64,000 nucleotides of DNA, from positions 13,391 through 77,390 of the IMG/VR virus record IMGVR_UViG_3300031772_004865, one strand, 5' to 3'. The notes below the pieces were generated by a model, which had not been told where the DNA came from, did no database searches, and saw only the letters and a list, made by a program, of their open reading frames with translations. Both the position numbers and the translations under genes were made by a program. Numbering within the stretch: position 1 is the stretch's first letter; every line of letters begins with the position of its first letter. The DNA comes from a virus. Of the stretch, positions 42,044-52,849 are shown piece after piece.

Positions 42044-43176
42044 AAATTACCTCTCTTTTTATTAGATATTTTTATCTTTAAATTGTTTTAAAAATTTTTG
42101 TTTTTCTTTACCTATAAAATTGTCCTCAATTATTCTCAACAAAACGCTTTCAAATTCGTAACTTGCAACTTCAAATCCGTTTTTGTGTAATACTGCCAAA
42201 TGTCTAAATCCATATCTTGTATTTTCCCAATTACAAACTACATTGTAAACCTTATTTAAATTAAAAATTTTCATTTCGCCCCTCTCTTTTTTATACGGTC
42301 TTTAATATCTCGCCTTTAACTGATAAATAACCCCTGTCAATTAAATTCTGCGCCTGTCTGCCATAACTACCCTGTAACGCCCACGCCTTGCCTGTCTTAA
42401 TTAAGTGGCTAAATAATCTTAATACTTCTTGCCCTCTTAATTCCCCTTGCTCGTATGTTATTATTTTATCAATTAGTTTCATCTTAAATCACCCCCTTAT
42501 ATTATATGCCTTACCTTAAAATAGTTTAACCTTGCCCTTGCTATGGCTTAAATTTTTAATAAGTATCAAGTTTTAGCTCTATTCCGTCTATAAAATCTCT
42601 TTTAACGCCTCTGTCGTCAATAAACCACTCTCTTTTTTCTTGCCAAACTCTTATGTTATAGTCTGCCAAAAATTCATTTAACCTTGCCTTTGTAGTAACG
42701 GTTTTATATCCTCCCGAGTTTAATATAATTTTACCGCTTGTTATTTTTAAAATATCCGTTGTATATAATCTAACTGTAAAATCACCATTGTTATATTTTA
42801 TCACCCTGCAAGACTTACTTATTAATTTACTGCTTAATATCCCTTGTTCTGCTAATTGCTTGGCTCTTGATACTTTTTTAAATTCATTAATATAGACTTG
42901 GAATTGTCCGACTTCTTTTATTCCGTAAAAATAACCTGCCTTAACCTTTGTTAAAAATTGGTCAAAAGTTAAAGCCAATTCATCACTTGCCCCAAAACCG
43001 CTATTGTCCACAAAAAAAGTTTCCGTCAATTCATATCCTAACGGAGTAACATCACCTATAACTTTACAACCCTTTACGCCCAAATCTTTGTCGCTTTTTG
43101 CTCTATACATTTTTGCCCCCTTTGTTATTTACTTCTGCATTTTTCAAAGGATAAAATGCAACCCTTAATATACTAA

Positions 43177-43205
43177 AGTATAACATATATTCCTTACTTT
43201 GTCAA
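43177..43205 (-). promoter_or_regulatory. Early sigma70 promoter
   Basis: TTGACA-N17-TATACT, extended -10 TG. Confidence 0.88.
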
Positions 43206-44597
43206 GGTTATTTTATTTATTATTTTTATGCGCTTAAATAAATTGACTATCTCTACCTTACCTATATTATATATAACGCCTTTATAATGCCTCTTAATAT
43301 GCCTTAACGCCTCGCTTATGCTATGGCTCTTTAAATAACCTTTACTATCTTGGCTTATATTATATAATTGACTTGGCTCTATCTCTACTATATACAAAAA
43401 TTTACTACCTCTTAATAACGCCTCTGGCTCTGGCTTGGTATAATAAAACGCCCTCTTTACATTAGTTATATTTTTATCATTAGAAGTAAAATAATTACTA
43501 CCATAAAAATCTGGCTTAATATAATCCTTTATATCTGTATTGCTATAATGATAAAGTTTAATCAATTTATACCTCTACTTTTTAAATATACTATATCCTG
43601 CCTCTGTAATTAAATCTCTTATATCTTGCGGAATATAACTTAATAAATTTATATCTGCCTCTATAATAGATATAACTTCTTTTATTGCTTGTCTACATTT
43701 AAAAGAATACTTATCCCCAAATAAATTATAATAAGGGTTATCTTTTAAGGTTATATCTTTAAAATCCTTGTTATCCCTTATAATTTTTATTGCTTCTCTT
43801 AAATCTTTTATATTAATCATTTTATCCCCTCTTATTTATAAAATATTTCTTTAAAATACCTGTTACCCTCTTTATATATAGTAACTCCACCGTATACGCT
43901 TAACGCCTCTTTAATCTCGGCTCTTAAATTACTTCTTAAAACCTCTTTATAAATTCGGTTCGGCAATACTTCAATTTTATCTTGCTCATAGAATATAAAT
44001 CCCTTGCCTTGCTCTTTATAATGTCCAGAGATAAAAAATAATGCCTCTTGCTTATGCCAATGTTTTAAGAATTGTAATTCTTTTAAGGCATAAGAATTGT
44101 TTTGTCCTTGCCCGTAAATAAATCTTAAAGGTAATACTTTTAAATAATCATAGTAAATCTTATTGGTATTTTTAGAATACCAAAAACCTCTTGCTTTAGT
44201 TTTACCTTGTGTTTTATCTTGTGGGATAAATACTTTAATCATTTTAATCGCCCTCTTTTAATGCGCCTTTGCTATAATATAATTGGCTCTCCAATTCTCT
44301 ACCTCTTAACCAATTAACCGCTAATTTATTAAGTGCTGTATTCTCTGCCTCTTTATCATTTAAAATGTTACCTAAATAAACAGACTTATGTTTTAATAAA
44401 TGCGCTTGATTAGTTCCCTCTAAAATAAATAATTGACTGTCAATAAATAATCCTGCTTCAATAATATCTTGCGGATTATAACCTCTTGCCCTTGCAAGTT
44501 CCCAATGGTGTAGAGTATCGCTTTTAAAATGTTTTAGGTCTTTAGTTATAATGTATTTTAATTCTCTCATTTTATCCCCTCTCTTAACTTCTAATTA

Positions 44598-44626
44598 AGT
44601 ATAACATAAATAAAACCAAATGTCAA
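44598..44626 (-). promoter_or_regulatory. First early sigma70 promoter
   Basis: TTGACA-N17-TATACT, extended -10 TG, directly upstream of the first leftward gene. Confidence 0.9.
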
Positions 44627-45172
44627 GGTAAAATAATAAAATAAATTAACCTCTATAACTAATAAAAAATCTATGGTATAATACTATAAATAAAATGCCT
44701 ATAATAAAAAATAAATACTTGCTTGCTGGCGCAATTTATAAACGCCAAAAATATACCTTAAAAAACCGCTTTAGTTATAATACTAAATTATAAAACTACT
44801 ACCTCATAAATAACTATAACTTATTATAAATAAATAAGTTATAATCAACGGGTGGGGTTAGGATTAGCAAAAAAGGTCTTTTTGGCTCGGAAGATACCGA
44901 CTGTAGGAAACTATCGATTTAATAAAATATATCTCTTTTCGCCCCAATCATTTATATTTATTTTCCCCCATTATATTTCATTATTATTAAATCTATCTTA
45001 TCGGTGATTATTATATTCTATTATTTTTAATATAACATTTTGAATTTATTATAGTTAAATATTAAATATGGTAAAATCCCTTCGGTGAAATGCTCATGAG
45101 GGGCTCGGAGCCTGGTCGGTGGGTTATTTTTAGCAAAGATACTATAAGATAGTATTTAATTATCTTATTTTA

Positions 45173-45452
45173 TCTACCTTATTGAAATCATTAGAGTTAA
45201 GTCATTTCTACCTCAATCTTATTAGTTTCTACCCTATTATATATAGGTAAGGAGAATTAGTAAAGGACTAAATTATACTTTCTACCTACTTCTACCTTAT
45301 TTAGGGTAGATACTAAATTAGCAATCTACCATTTCTACCTTTTAGAATCTACTCTATCTACCATTATTAATACCAATAGGTTATGATTTCTATCTTAATA
45401 TCTACTAATTTATACCTATTCTTCTTTGCTTATTCTACTTTAGAAAGGTAGA
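45173..45452. repeat. TCTACC iteron-like repeat cluster
   Basis: TCTACC at 45173, 45207, 45228, 45281, 45291, 45325, 45334, 45357; inverted GGTAGA at 45305, 45447; TCTACT at 45348, 45401, 45434. Confidence 0.75.
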
Positions 45453-45545
45453 TGTCGTGCCGAGATGCTTCCTCCCAACCCTCCTTCATTTTACCATAAG
45501 ATTTAAGATTGATTTATTCAGGAAGAAATACATGGTAAGAGTAAG

Positions 45546-45597
45546 GCGTAAAAGTTAGTTTTAGAACTTTTACGCTGTTACTTACGAAGTAAGTAAC
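45546..45597. repeat. Two adjacent perfect inverted repeats
   Basis: GCGTAAAAGTT-N8-AACTTTTACGC and GTTACTTAC-GAA-GTAAGTAAC. Confidence 0.85.
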
Positions 45598-45761
45598 TAA
45601 TAACTTAGATAGATAATGATAAGATAGGGGGTATGGGGGGAAGAGAAGAAGAAGGAAGAGAGAATTTCTTCATTAGAATGGTTTATTTTTTAGGCTAATA
45701 TGGCAATTATTTAAAATATTTATAGGAGTATTTGTAATCTATTAGTATTATTATAGATAGA

Positions 45762-45812
45762 ATACAAAAATAAATGTTACAAAAAAGGAATTTTTCCGTT
45801 AATAGTATATAG
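45762..45812 (+). promoter_or_regulatory. Putative phage-sigma (late) promoter, copy 2
   Basis: Same 23+19 nt bipartite motif as 27174-27224; heads the structural arm. Confidence 0.75.
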
Positions 45813-46446
45813 GGGCAGTTAATGCTTCAATGCCAATAATAATCCGAAAAGGAAAAAGGGGTTCACAGCGAATACTTGCTCCTAAATGTAGTTAAGATAT
45901 TGGGTTATGTCTTTTTACCTGCTATTTTTATTGGCAGACAAGTCATCCTATAAGGTTATTGGATTGGGGTTTCCTGGTCGACTTATAGTGATGTAACTAT
46001 GGGTGCTTACTGATTATCGGGAGGCACCCGATTGATACTTCCTCCTAATTTGACTGCTTATTTAGCGATAAGCCTCGAATTAGGTTATTTATGACCTCGA
46101 AAGGTGAGTCGTGTCTATCTGGTTGCAACCAGGACAAGCCGAGTAGAAAAGATAAGGATTATCGTATAGACTAGAATGGTTTAGCTAACTATTTAATAAG
46201 ATAATCCAATTAATTTTCAACCAGCTTATTATCAAACGATAGTAAGTCTAAAGCTCAAGATAAAGTTCGAAAGGATTTTGTTTTGGGCTTTTTTATTTTA
46301 TAGGGTTAAGGGAATTTTACCTCTTCCATAAATTGTAAGTTTAAAATGGGAACTTATTAACCCTACCACAAATCCTGCTTCCGTAGCCAGCCATAAAGTT
46401 GATATGCATAATATCCGCAGCAGGTAAAACTTTTTTATTATTGTGG
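45810..46446 (+). ncRNA. Large structured non-coding RNA candidate (class unknown)
   Basis: More than 10 helices with G.U pairs, crossing pairings and a GAAA tetraloop; begins at the promoter; no ORF. Confidence 0.65.
46250..46298 (+). terminator. Intrinsic terminator-like hairpin
   Basis: AAGCTCAAGATAAAGTTC-GAAA-GGATTTTGTTTTGGGCTT plus T run. Confidence 0.65.
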
Positions 46447-46454
46447 AAAATCAA

Positions 46455-46598
46455 ATGATTAAAAAATATGATTTTATAGATAGAATAATTTATTTAATTA
46501 AAAAAGAATTAGAAAAATCTCTTTCCGAAGAAGATACACTTGAAGAGATGAATAGATGTTTAGAAAAAACTTTAAATAAAATAGTAAGGGGAAAATAA
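46455..46598 (+). CDS. Small hypothetical protein (47 aa)
   Basis: MIKKYDFIDR...IVRGK; ends 2 nt before the next gene. Confidence 0.45.
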   Translation: MIKKYDFIDRIIYLIKKELEKSLSEEDTLEEMNRCLEKTLNKIVRGK

Positions 46599-46600
46599 AA

Positions 46601-46963
46601 ATGTTAGAATCAACTAATTTAATTATTAAACGAGGAGATTCTTGGAGTAGAACAATCTATTTCGAAGACGAATATAATGCTAGAATAAATATAACAGGGT
46701 GGATTATTTATTTTTTAATAAAAGTGAAAATAGACGATTTAGATAATGCTACTGATGTAATTCCAGCAACAGTAACTTTTTCTAATCCTATCGATGGAGA
46801 AGCTACAATACAATTAACTTCGACACAGACAAATGTTTTAGGTAATCGTTTATTTGGAATAAAAGTTATTACTGATAAAATGATAGGAATTACAAAAGAA
46901 GCGATTACTGTTTTGGAAGGTACTATTGTATTTACTGACCGAGTAGTCCAGGCGGTGTCCTAA
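46601..46963 (+). CDS. BppU-like adaptor (baseplate/fibre attachment) protein
   Basis: IKRGDS...INITG..I.F.IK...G...I.LT..QT pattern. Confidence 0.65.
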   Translation: MLESTNLIIKRGDSWSRTIYFEDEYNARINITGWIIYFLIKVKIDDLDNATDVIPATVTFSNPIDGEATIQLTSTQTNVLGNRLFGIKVITDKMIGITKEAITVLEGTIVFTDRVVQAVS

Positions 46964-47208
46964 TGTCAGATAAGATTATATGTAAAATTTTCGACGAACC
47001 AAAAATAAAAGTAAAAATCTTCGATGAACCTAAAATAGTTATTAAATTTACTGAACAAGGTTTAAAAGGAGATAAAGGTGCAACTGGTCCTGCAGGAACT
47101 ACAGACCATGCGTTATTATCTAATTTAGATTATGCTAATTCGGGGCACATTGGTTTCCAGAAAAAAATGATTTATGACCCAGATTACAAAACTTATTTAG
47201 TAGAATAA
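46963..47208 (+). CDS. Short collagen-motif fibre-associated protein
   Basis: QGLKGDKGATGPAG; DHALLSNLDY..SGH. Confidence 0.6.
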   Translation: MSDKIICKIFDEPKIKVKIFDEPKIVIKFTEQGLKGDKGATGPAGTTDHALLSNLDYANSGHIGFQKKMIYDPDYKTYLVE

Positions 47209-47280
47209 AAAGATAATTAAGTTTCTTTACGAGACTAATTTTTTGAATTTAATAATTTTTAGAAGAGGAGGAAAATCCAA

Positions 47281-47928
<648 letters not shown>

Positions 47929-47942
47929 TTAATTTTTAATAA

Positions 47943-48623
47943 ATGAGGGAAAGACTTTCTTTCCCTCCCAAAAATAAAATGAATAATAAAGGAAATTTAA
48001 AACATGGAGAAACACTAAAAAAACATTATTGTCTTGATTGTGATAATGAAATAAGTTATAACACATGGTCTTATGGAAAACAACGTTGCAGAAGTTGTGC
48101 AGCAAAAGAAAATTTAAAAAATCCAAAAAATCATTCAGGTTATATAAATGGTAAATTTAGCGACAATCCAAATCATTGTATAGATTGTAATAAAATAATA
48201 AGTCCAACTACAAAACGATGTAAAAGTTGTAATACAAAATATTTACATAAAATTGGTATTCTAAATAGTAAAGATGAAAATAATCCAAATTTTGGTAATC
48301 ATAAATTAGCAGGTAAGAATCATTGGAATTGGATAGATGGTCGTTCTTATGAACCTTATACTGAAGAATTTAATAAAGAACTTAAAGAATTAATTCTCAA
48401 ACGAGATAATTATGAGTGCCAAAACTGCGGTATGACTCAAGAAGAGCATTTAATAGTAATTGGTCGAATATTAACTATTCATCATATTGATTATGATAAG
48501 AAGAATTGTAAAGAAGAAAATTTAATTACAACTTGTCTTTGGTGTAATACTAGAGCAAATTTTAATCGAACTTATTGGCAAAAATTTTATATAAATAAAC
48601 TTATAAAAAGAGGAATAAAATAA
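47943..48623 (+). CDS. Zn-ribbon-array HNH endonuclease
   Basis: Same C-terminal domain as 24834, 50614, 58005. Confidence 0.85.
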   Translation: MRERLSFPPKNKMNNKGNLKHGETLKKHYCLDCDNEISYNTWSYGKQRCRSCAAKENLKNPKNHSGYINGKFSDNPNHCIDCNKIISPTTKRCKSCNTKYLHKIGILNSKDENNPNFGNHKLAGKNHWNWIDGRSYEPYTEEFNKELKELILKRDNYECQNCGMTQEEHLIVIGRILTIHHIDYDKKNCKEENLITTCLWCNTRANFNRTYWQKFYINKLIKRGIK

Positions 48624-48624
48624 A

Positions 48625-49836
48625 ATGTCCACTAAAAAAGTTCCCGTAACTGAAAATTTTCCTTTCCAGCAACCAGTAAAGGATAAAGACCTTAGTGCTC
48701 CTCCTGCAGCAACTAAAGGGCATCGTTACATTGTTGCAGCAACTGGTTCAGGGGATTGGACTGGTCATACTGGAGATATTGCAATTGGAAATGGTAGTGG
48801 ATGGGATTTTGTTACAAAAGCAGAAGGATTAATTACTTGGATAGAGGATGAGAATCTTTATTATTATTTTGATGGTAGTAATTGGATAGTTTCTAATCCT
48901 TTTAATAAAACTATTTCTGGAGAAATTATTGGATTAACAGATAAACCAACTCCATTAGATGCAGATGTTGCATTAATAGAAAGTGTAGCAGATACAAATG
49001 CAAAAAGAAAATTAACTTGGCTTAATATAAAAAATACCCTTAAAACTTATTTTGATGGAATTTATAAAGCAACTTTTGCTTATACAGCAGAAGATGTAGC
49101 AAATAAAGAAAATACTACAATAGATACTAGTACCACAAAATATCCGACAGTTAATTTATTAAAAACAGGAATAGATGCTAGAGTAAAAAATAATGGTACA
49201 GTTAATCCTACTAATTTATTAAGTAATGGGGATTTTGAAAATTGGAGTGCTGGAGCAAGTGCTGCTCCTGATAGATGGATATTTTATACTTCTGGAACAG
49301 GAACAATAGAAAGAGAAGCAAGTGTAATTAAGTTAGGAACTTACTCGGTTCAATTAAATGTAGCGTTAAATGACGTAGCCACGCAAATATATCAAAATGT
49401 TGCTACTGAAAAGGGCATTGCTTACTGGTTGGGTCGTAAAGCAACTTTAGGCATATGGGTATGGGCTTCGGTTGCAAGTAGAGTAACTGTAAAAATAAAC
49501 TACGCAGGGGCGACCGATGAAACTACTTCTACTCCTCATTCTGGGGGTAGTGCTTGGGAATTTTTAACAGTAACCGCAACTATTCCTGCTGACGCTTCAA
49601 GAATATGGGGAGTGGTTTATGTTTCTACTGGTGCAGCTACAACAGTTTATGCAGATGGTGCAATGTTAGTAGAAGGTGAAAGTATATTTGCATTTAGTGA
49701 GGGAATAACTCCAATTCCTTTAGGAACAGCAGCAGCAGTTTTAACAGCAAATAAAGGTCCAGCAGGTTGTACAGCAGTTACTGGTTGGATAGCAATAAAT
49801 ATTGGGGGAGTTCAAAGATTCATACCTTATTGGTAA
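48625..49836 (+). CDS. Fibre / receptor-binding protein with carbohydrate-binding-like domain
   Basis: DUF2793-like N terminus (G.RYIVA..G.G.W.G); NLLSNGDFENW CBM-like start. Confidence 0.7.
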   Translation: MSTKKVPVTENFPFQQPVKDKDLSAPPAATKGHRYIVAATGSGDWTGHTGDIAIGNGSGWDFVTKAEGLITWIEDENLYYYFDGSNWIVSNPFNKTISGEIIGLTDKPTPLDADVALIESVADTNAKRKLTWLNIKNTLKTYFDGIYKATFAYTAEDVANKENTTIDTSTTKYPTVNLLKTGIDARVKNNGTVNPTNLLSNGDFENWSAGASAAPDRWIFYTSGTGTIEREASVIKLGTYSVQLNVALNDVATQIYQNVATEKGIAYWLGRKATLGIWVWASVASRVTVKINYAGATDETTSTPHSGGSAWEFLTVTATIPADASRIWGVVYVSTGAATTVYADGAMLVEGESIFAFSEGITPIPLGTAAAVLTANKGPAGCTAVTGWIAINIGGVQRFIPYW

Positions 49837-49877
49837 ATTAAAGAAATATATATTACATTTAATATAGAAAAGGAATT

Positions 49878-50624
49878 ATGGATAATTTAAAACGAGAAGT
49901 AAAAAAAATTCGTAACCTAAAACAAAATCAAGGGAAGTCAGAAGAAGAATTGAATTCTCTTGCCAAAGAAAGTTTAGAGAAAAATGAAATTACAAATTCT
50001 TTAACTTTTTGTTTACCAGAAGAAAAAGAATTTGCTACTAATTTATTAAATAAATATTTATTAGAATCTTCTATAACTTCATTTTCAGAAAAAAATACTT
50101 TAAGGAATTTAATAGATTTAGAAATTTTATTAGAAAGAGTTAAAAAATTTATTAATAATGAACAAAGCAAAGCAAATCCGACTATTCCTTTACAATTTTT
50201 AGAACAAGTAACTGAATTAACAAATCAAATAATAGAAATAAAAGAAGGATTAGGATTAGTATCAAAAAAAGACGGAAAGAACGACGCCTCAAAAGTAATA
50301 GATGATTTAACAGAGAGATTTCATAAATGGATAAATAAACCAGAAAACCGAAGTAATTACGAATTTCAATGTCCTAAATGTGCAGAAATATTTTTAATTA
50401 GAAGAAGATTAGATAAAGAGAAAGATGAAGTTGTTGACCATCCTTGGTTTATTGACGGAGGTATTTTATTTAATAAAGCAATTTTTGAAGATTTAGAATT
50501 AGGAAAGATTTCAGAGGACCAAGCAGCACGTTTTTTAAATGCTACACTTGATTATATAAAATGGATTAGGCAAAATTATCCACTAAATCAAGATAAAAAC
50601 GAAGAAACAGAAAATGAAGAATAA
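49878..50624 (+). CDS. Probable terminase small subunit
   Basis: Helical protein upstream of TerL, separated from it by an HNH gene; position only. Confidence 0.4.
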   Translation: MDNLKREVKKIRNLKQNQGKSEEELNSLAKESLEKNEITNSLTFCLPEEKEFATNLLNKYLLESSITSFSEKNTLRNLIDLEILLERVKKFINNEQSKANPTIPLQFLEQVTELTNQIIEIKEGLGLVSKKDGKNDASKVIDDLTERFHKWINKPENRSNYEFQCPKCAEIFLIRRRLDKEKDEVVDHPWFIDGGILFNKAIFEDLELGKISEDQAARFLNATLDYIKWIRQNYPLNQDKNEETENEE

Positions 50625-51198
50625 AAAAGGCAAAAATAATTCAAATTATAAAGACGGTAGAACATTAAAAAAACATTATTGCATAGTTTGTAAAATAAAT
50701 GAAATAACTTATCATACTTGGCTTCTTGGAAATAAGACTTGTCTTCATTGTTGCAAAATAGGTGATAACAATCCGAATTATAAAAATGGAGATACTTTAA
50801 AAAAATACTACTGTAAAGAATGTGGAAAAGAAATAAGTTTAAATAATGCACTAGATGGTTTAGGAAGATGCCCTTCTTGTTCTAAAGTGGGAGATAAAAA
50901 TGGTAATTGGAATAACGGTTCTTCTTTTGAACCTTATTCTATTGAATTTACTGAAGAATTACGAGAACAGATTCGCAAGAGAGACAATTATATTTGTCAA
51001 AATTGTTCTATGACGGAAGAAGAGCATTTAATAGTAGTGGGTAAAGTATTATCTATTCATCATATCGATTATAACAAAAAAAATTGCGAAGAAGATAATC
51101 TTATAACAATATGTTTATCTTGTAATTCAAGAGTAAATTTTAATAAAGAACATTGGCAAGAATTTTATACTAAATTATTAATAAATAAATATGATTAA
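50614..51198 (+). CDS. Zn-ribbon-array HNH endonuclease
   Basis: CQNCSMTEEEHL...HHIDYNKKNC. Confidence 0.85.
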   Translation: MKNKKGKNNSNYKDGRTLKKHYCIVCKINEITYHTWLLGNKTCLHCCKIGDNNPNYKNGDTLKKYYCKECGKEISLNNALDGLGRCPSCSKVGDKNGNWNNGSSFEPYSIEFTEELREQIRKRDNYICQNCSMTEEEHLIVVGKVLSIHHIDYNKKNCEEDNLITICLSCNSRVNFNKEHWQEFYTKLLINKYD

Positions 51199-52834
51199 AA
51201 ATTTAACTGAAGAAGAACAATTTTTTGTAGAATGTTTTTATAATGCTCGTTGCTTAGTCGAATCTACTTTTAGTAAAGGAACGCCACGCAACTGGAATGA
51301 CTTTAAGCCATGTATTAAACTAAGAATTTACCAACGCCCTTTTTTAGGTTTCGATTCTGCGATAGAAGATGATGACCGATTATCAGAAGTTGAAAATTTT
51401 CGTAGAAGAATTGAATTAGGAACCAGAATTATTATTTGTGCAAGAAAAATAGGAAAAACATTTATTGCTTTGGTTGCTAATATTTTATTAAAATTAATTC
51501 ATTATAAAGATAAAGAAATGACTTTGGCTTCATACGATGAGAAACATGTTAATAAAGTATTAGATGATGTTAAGGAATTTTTTGTTTATCATAATTTTTA
51601 TAAAATTTATAAACAAACAACCAGAGGCAGTCCAGAATATTTAATAGAAACAAAAAATGGTAATAAACTTTTTGGTATAAATGAAACCGTTAAAGGAAAA
51701 TCCCCTGGAGAAAATTGGTGGGGACATCATACTTTTATTAATTTTCAGGATGAAATTCAAGCAGAAACAGAAACAGCTTATTCTCATAAAATAGATGCAA
51801 CTAGTGATTTTGGAGTAATGGAAATTTTATGTGGAATTCCTCTTATTACTAAAGTATCTCCTTTAGGAAGAACTATAAGAGATAGAAATAACAAAAAAAG
51901 TTTAATTAGATTACCCCAATATGTTAGTCATCTTTGGGATGATAAAACTAAAGAAAGTAGAATTAGAGATTATGGAGGTCAAGAATCTGCTGGTTACAGA
52001 ATAAATGTTGCTGCTGATTTAATTGAAGGAGCTTCAGGGGCTTTCGATATGGATAGGGTTAAAACTAATTATAATAAGAAAAGAATAACAAAAAGATTTG
52101 AAGTTACCAAAAAAACTTTTAAAGATTTCAAATCTTTCTTAATTATAGAACCAATTATTAATGCCGATAGAATTTATGTGGTATCCGATATTGGAGATTC
52201 TGCTGCAACTGAAATTAATGTAATTGCTAAAATAAATAATAAGTATCATTTAATTTATAATATAACTACTTATAAATTATCTTTGACTCAAGAATTACCC
52301 GATGTAATGGAATGGATTTTTAGAAGAGTTAAAGGAAATTTTTTGAGTGTAGACTGCACAATTATGGGAAAACCAGTCTATGAAATTTTAAGTAAAAGAT
52401 TAAATGAAATAATTAAAGATGAAAAAGAAAATGTAGTAAAAGTTATTAAAAGAGTTTTTTGGTGTGCATTTAATGAGGACATAGTTACTGGTTTCGAGAA
52501 AGACGATAATAATAAAACTATTAGAGATAATAAAGGCAATGCTACCGAAAAAAAAGAAAATACACTAATTTTTTCTGTTAGAAGATTAAATGAATTATTT
52601 TATGATAGGAAATTTGATATACCAGACGACGATTATAAATTTGATAATCAATTTGCTTCTTATGTAAGTACTATTTCAGGAAGTAGAATAGTTTATGGGT
52701 CTACTACTGAAGACCATTATGTACAGGCATTTCAAGTATTCGCAATCTTAGAATGGATGACAGAACAATTGCCGACATTAAATCCTATGTTAGAAAAACA
52801 AAGTCCACCAATGGGGCTTTTTCAAGGATTATAA
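51191..52834 (+). CDS. terL: Terminase large subunit
   Basis: YQ, Walker A ARKIGKT, Walker B FQDE, RNase H-fold nuclease SDIG...VD...DH. Confidence 0.8.
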   Translation: MIKNLTEEEQFFVECFYNARCLVESTFSKGTPRNWNDFKPCIKLRIYQRPFLGFDSAIEDDDRLSEVENFRRRIELGTRIIICARKIGKTFIALVANILLKLIHYKDKEMTLASYDEKHVNKVLDDVKEFFVYHNFYKIYKQTTRGSPEYLIETKNGNKLFGINETVKGKSPGENWWGHHTFINFQDEIQAETETAYSHKIDATSDFGVMEILCGIPLITKVSPLGRTIRDRNNKKSLIRLPQYVSHLWDDKTKESRIRDYGGQESAGYRINVAADLIEGASGAFDMDRVKTNYNKKRITKRFEVTKKTFKDFKSFLIIEPIINADRIYVVSDIGDSAATEINVIAKINNKYHLIYNITTYKLSLTQELPDVMEWIFRRVKGNFLSVDCTIMGKPVYEILSKRLNEIIKDEKENVVKVIKRVFWCAFNEDIVTGFEKDDNNKTIRDNKGNATEKKENTLIFSVRRLNELFYDRKFDIPDDDYKFDNQFASYVSTISGSRIVYGSTTEDHYVQAFQVFAILEWMTEQLPTLNPMLEKQSPPMGLFQGL

Positions 52835-52849
52835 AAAAGGAGTTAAATA

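Larger units (their letters stand above)
34195..44570 (-). other. Early region of about 30 small, mostly hypothetical genes (probable host takeover)
   Basis: Dense short ORFs with RBSs behind several sigma70 promoters at the start of the leftward arm. Confidence 0.7.

Noticed and set aside
45173-45452. CRISPR array
   Set aside because: Repeats are only 6 nt with irregular spacing; no cas genes
45810-45884. tRNA or tmRNA (GGGGC start, about 75 nt closed stem)
   Set aside because: No anticodon or T arm, no CCA end and no tag ORF; treated as a domain of the larger RNA
45810-46446. Group I/II intron
   Set aside because: No interrupted gene on either side, and no catalytic core or domain V motif that I could recognise
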